Positions 59,000 to 64,000 of a stretch of DNA of 64,000 bases are shown here, one piece after another. This DNA is from Candidatus Heimdallarchaeum endolithica (lineage in GTDB: Archaea > Asgardarchaeota > Heimdallarchaeia > Heimdallarchaeales > Heimdallarchaeaceae): assembly GCA_021513715.1 (NCBI GenBank), contig CP084167.1, positions 1,184,001 to 1,248,000 of the forward strand, in the 5' to 3' direction. A program made the position numbers and the translations under genes. The notes under the pieces are model-generated. The model was given only the letters and a program-made list of their open reading frames with translations, did no database searches and had not been told where the DNA came from. The first letter of the stretch is position 1. Each line of letters starts with the position of its first letter.

Positions 59000-59167
59000 C
59001 TGTTTTATAAACAATTTTTTTCTCGAGAGTCATTTATAAATAAAAAATGTCATAAAGTTTATAAAAAGAATGAATCTCTTTATAAATGATCTGACAACTT
59101 TGACAGATTCAAAAAAAGAGAAAATAAAAAAGGCTCTAAGAGCAAAAAAATAAAGAAATAGGTATGT
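59000..59167 (+). promoter_or_regulatory. CRISPR leader
   Basis: AT-rich non-coding stretch with several TTTATAAA boxes directly 5' of the first repeat. Confidence 0.7.
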
Positions 59168-62100
59168 GTTGCAATTAGGATCTCAGAATAGTGAGAATTG
59201 AAATCCTTCTTCGACATATGTTTAGCAAATATTTTGTCCAATAATGTTGCAATTAGGATCTCAGAATAGTGAGAATTGAAATTAGGTTCAAACATAGTAA
59301 CAGGAGTGGAAAGTTCGTTCAAGGTTGCAATTAGGATCTCAGAATAGTGAGAATTGAAATCATATTGTTCAATATCTTCTTTCAAAACAGATTTAGAAGA
59401 AAGTTGCAATTAGGATCTCAGAATAGTGAGAATTGAAATTCAGTTCTGACTAGAACTTTTAGATTTTGCATTTTTAATGTTGCAATTAGGATCTCAGAAT
59501 AGTGAGAATTGAAATTTTTCAGTAAGTCCAAGTATTGAAGCAAAATCATTGAATTCGTTGCAATTAGGATCTCAGAATAGTGAGAATTGAAATTTCTACA
59601 TTTCATGTCGATGGGTTTTTGTCCTGGTATGTGTTGCAATTAGGATCTCAGAATAGTGAGAATTGAAATTAAGTTTTCACTCCGAACTCATCAATATAAC
59701 CTGTTCTGAAGTTGCAATTAGGATCTCAGAATAGTGAGAATTGAAATAAGGCTGTAGAAACAACTTGTTCTCCCATGCCGCTTTTTTGAGGTTGCAATTA
59801 GGATCTCAGAATAGTGAGAATTGAAATAAGTCTAGAAAATAGACTTACTTTACTTTTTTTTTAATTTAGGGTTGCAATTAGGATCTCAGAATAGTGAGAA
59901 TTGAAATTTGTTTGTGTTTAGGGTGCTCTCGCTTAAATAGAATTCCATGTTGCAATTAGGATCTCAGAATAGTGAGAATTGAAATTAAGAAAATGTCAGG
60001 GTCGTGATAAATGTCTTCAGCATAGTTGTTGCAATTAGGATCTCAGAATAGTGAGAATTGAAATAATGAACCTTTATCTAAACTTCCCATTTTTAACCAC
60101 TCCTGTTGCAATTAGGATCTCAGAATAGTGAGAATTGAAATTTAGATTTGACAAAAGGTCGAAGTAGAAACCATTTCTCAGGTGTTGCAATTAGGATCTC
60201 AGAATAGTGAGAATTGAAATTTCTTTTTTCTTTATTTGTGTAAAAATGTTTTTGTAGAGGGTGTGTTGCAATTAGGATCTCAGAATAGTGAGAATTGAAA
60301 TTGAAAAGAAAAAATGTGTAAAAAGAAAAATAATAAAAAAGTTGCAATTAGGATCTCAGAATAGTGAGAATTGAAATCATTCTGTGGGTTTCCTTTCAGA
60401 AATTTGCTCAATAGAGCGTTGCAATTAGGATCTCAGAATAGTGAGAATTGAAATTAATTATATTCTTCTACATTTATTGCAGGAAATGAAGTGTGTTGCA
60501 ATTAGGATCTCAGAATAGTGAGAATTGAAATTCTTTTGTTCCGTTTTTTTCTCTTCTATTTCTTCTTGTGTTGCAATTAGGATCTCAGAATAGTGAGAAT
60601 TGAAATTCTGAAAGTTCAAAATTCTTTTTATAAACTTTTAATAAGTTGTTGCAATTAGGATCTCAGAATAGTGAGAATTGAAATACCATTTTTTCTTTTC
60701 TTCGAACTGTTGCACATTTCCAGGTTGCAATTAGGATCTCAGAATAGTGAGAATTGAAATTTTATGATGTAAATGATGAACTTACTGAAGATTATATTGA
60801 AGTTGCAATTAGGATCTCAGAATAGTGAGAATTGAAATATATCATTATCGTAACCGTTTATTTCTGTATCGATAATATGTTGCAATTAGGATCTCAGAAT
60901 AGTGAGAATTGAAATCAAGCGGAAGCATACCCGCTTACCTTTTTAACAGATACGCTTGTTGCAATTAGGATCTCAGAATAGTGAGAATTGAAATCTAACG
61001 TTACCAAAAAATTAAGACAAAAGGCGGTAGAATATGTTGCAATTAGGATCTCAGAATAGTGAGAATTGAAATTCTAATTTAACTAATTTGCCTTTTACGA
61101 TCTTTTCACCCGGTTGCAATTAGGATCTCAGAATAGTGAGAATTGAAATGATAATTTATTTATTTCTTTCCATCTTTCTAATTCTTCCATGTTGCAATTA
61201 GGATCTCAGAATAGTGAGAATTGAAATTATTCTATACCTCTTAAGTATATTATTTCGTCGTCAGAAGTTGCAATTAGGATCTCAGAATAGTGAGAATTGA
61301 AATACAAATATACGTGTTTCTATCATTGATACATTTTTATCTGTTGCAATTAGGATCTCAGAATAGTGAGAATTGAAATTTTAGTATTGACATAGATGGT
61401 AATACAATAATAGATTTAGCGTTGCAATTAGGATCTCAGAATAGTGAGAATTGAAATAAAATTACTATAATACTATCATTTACTATCATTTACTAGTTGC
61501 AATTAGGATCTCAGAATAGTGAGAATTGAAATTGGTAGGATAGTCCTTTTTAGTCATGAAGTAGATGTAGTGTTGCAATTAGGATCTCAGAATAGTGAGA
61601 ATTGAAATGCATTTTTTATAAGTTTTTTGGCTAACTTTTTTCTTGTGTGTTGCAATTAGGATCTCAGAATAGTGAGAATTGAAATACTGTTTTCAAGAAA
61701 TCAAAGCCTTACTTACAGCGATGCAAAGTTGCAATTAGGATCTCAGAATAGTGAGAATTGAAATTTTTTCCTCTAAATCCGTATTCTACTCCTCTAATGT
61801 AAATGTTGCAATTAGGATCTCAGAATAGTGAGAATTGAAATACTCTCTTGAATGGTCAATATAGATATGTTCTTCGTGGTAGGATGTTGCAATTAGGATC
61901 TCAGAATAGTGAGAATTGAAATTATACGCTGGAACGCTGGACATTATTTCTATTTTGAGAGACCAGGTTGCAATTAGGATCTCAGAATAGTGAGAATTGA
62001 AATATTATTTTCTTAAACGCTTCTTCTATCTTTCTTATATTATTGTTGCAATTAGGATCTCAGAATAGTGAGAATTGAAATACAATCAATGTATCAGTAT

Positions 62101-64000
62101 CCTCGTTTGCTACTGCTTGTTGCAATTAGGATCTCAGAATAGTGAGAATTGAAATTCTGTTTTCAAAAATTGTATTATATCGCTTTCAGTAGCATGTTGC
62201 AATTAGGATCTCAGAATAGTGAGAATTGAAATAATGTCAGAAACGTGTATAAAACCTTTCTTAAATTCTCTTGTTGCAATTAGGATCTCAGAATAGTGAG
62301 AATTGAAATCTCCTGATAGATTGATTGTTTATTCAAATTGCATTTATTGACTGTTGCAATTAGGATCTCAGAATAGTGAGAATTGAAATTAAGTTAAACC
62401 GTTACTGGATACTCTAGACCAACCAGAACGTTGCAATTAGGATCTCAGAATAGTGAGAATTGAAATCAACTAGGGCAACTGAAAAACCAGTTTATGCCAC
62501 GTATTGTTGCAATTAGGATCTCAGAATAGTGAGAATTGAAATTTATGCTTACTGTAATAGTTATTTTAGTTTATGCTTTTAGAAGTTGCAATTAGGATCT
62601 CAGAATAGTGAGAATTGAAATTAATTCTCGTCTGTTTGCTATACGCATAACCTTGCTTTGTGTTGCAATTAGGATCTCAGAATAGTGAGAATTGAAATAT
62701 AACTAAAAGATTATTTATTAATTCTGTTACGTTACTTTGTTGCAATTAGGATCTCAGAATAGTGAGAATTGAAATAAACCCCTCTGTATCTTCTATAAAA
62801 TCGCAACGATCACCTGTTGCAATTAGGATCTCAGAATAGTGAGAATTGAAATAAAGGAAAATGGATAAGAGTAATGGATAATAACTTTTTTGCTGTTGCA
62901 ATTAGGATCTCAGAATAGTGAGAATTGAAATAACAAAGACAATTTTTACCGAACTGATTAGTTACATGGTTGTTGCAATTAGGATCTCAGAATAGTGAGA
63001 ATTGAAATTCTGTTATTGTCCATCTTTTTGTTTCTTTATCATAATTATAAGTTGCAATTAGGATCTCAGAATAGTGAGAATTGAAATTTTGCATAAAATC
63101 GGCCTTGCAGACAATAAGATCGATGTGTTGCAATTAGGATCTCAGAATAGTGAGAATTGAAATCAAGACCCTGTTTTCAGCATAGACTTGCGATTCCTCT
63201 AAGTTGCAATTAGGATCTCAGAATAGTGAGAATTGAAATAGGTTGCCAGGGGTAATATCATGACTGGAAGGGCTCATAATGTTGCAATTAGGATCTCAGA
63301 ATAGTGAGAATTGAAATTCAGAAAAAAACAATACAATTTGGAAACTATCAGAACTTAAGTTGCAATTAGGATCTCAGAATAGTGAGAATTGAAATTGAAT
63401 CTATAAACGTTTCTTCATCTTTTATTTTTATCTCTTGTTGCAATTAGGATCTCAGAATAGTGAGAATTGAAATAATTGTTGTTGTCTCTCGTTCGGCTTC
63501 ATGGGATTTAGACTGTTGCAATTAGGATCTCAGAATAGTGAGAATTGAAATTTAATTCGTTTAAGGGTGAGTAAATGAATAAATTTGAAAAAGTTGCAAT
63601 TAGGATCTCAGAATAGTGAGAATTGAAATTACATCAAAGTTCGTGAGTTAGATTCTTGTGTAACTCGTGTGTTGCAATTAGGATCTCAGAATAGTGAGAA
63701 TTGAAATGCACCTAAAACGTAATAAAGTTGCATGTTGCTGAATGAAAGTTGCAATTAGGATCTCAGAATAGTGAGAATTGAAATAACAGAAATAAACGAA
63801 TTTATACTTTCATTAGATTACAAAGTTGCAATTAGGATCTCAGAATAGTGAGAATTGAAATATAACCGCAACCACATTTTACCTTTTTTTTAATTAAGTA
63901 AGCAAGTTGCAATTAGGATCTCAGAATAGTGAGAATTGAAATTAAACGTTCTGTAATCACGTGGGTGATACCTAGAACTTTGTTGCAATTAGGATCTCAG
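59168..64000 (+). CRISPR. CRISPR array, 37-bp repeat GTTGCAATTAGGATCTCAGAATAGTGAGAATTGAAAT
   Basis: 62 complete repeats counted by hand with no variants noticed, plus one cut at 63982-64000. Spacers are about 37-44 nt. Internal hairpin TCTCA-GAATAG-TGAGA; the 3' ATTGAAAN end gives the orientation. Confidence 0.99.

Noticed and set aside
59080-60347. ORFs with FNSHYSEILIAT repeats
   Set aside because: These are translations of the CRISPR repeat on the reverse strand.
59168-64000. Self-targeting spacers matching this window
   Set aside because: No match was noticed by eye; an alignment is needed to exclude it.

Overview
This is an AT-rich archaeal chromosome segment. The gene content (Alba, Cdc6/Orc1, EndA, NucS, AMP phosphorylase, a RING-finger membrane protein, DENN/longin-like proteins) points to an Asgard archaeon, probably Heimdallarchaeia; this assignment is inference. 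The window holds about 50 CDS, three CCA-encoding tRNAs (Pro-GGG, Gln-CTG, Gln-TTG), two near-identical 1004-bp DDE insertion sequences that each interrupt a gene, and the leader end of a long CRISPR array (37-bp repeat, 62 complete repeats plus one cut by the window edge, no cas genes in view). The most striking observations are: (1) a 379-bp non-coding element inserted at a CATG core in a gcvH-like gene, with sub-terminal inverted repeats, an internal TATA box and a four-hairpin RNA whose last stem covaries with a second partial copy, a candidate IS110/IS1111-type bridge-RNA MITE; (2) a bacterial-type glutaminyl-tRNA synthetase fused to an archaeal GluRS-type N-terminal domain; (3) a P2A-like P-type ATPase with PISIP in place of PEGLP; (4) a radical SAM/SPASM enzyme with a coupled 68-aa peptide; (5) DENN/longin-like proteins; (6) probable ATT/ATA start codons; and (7) A-to-T strand-skew switches centred on the tRNA loci and inside the IS. 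All family assignments come from motif recognition by eye; no database searches were run.
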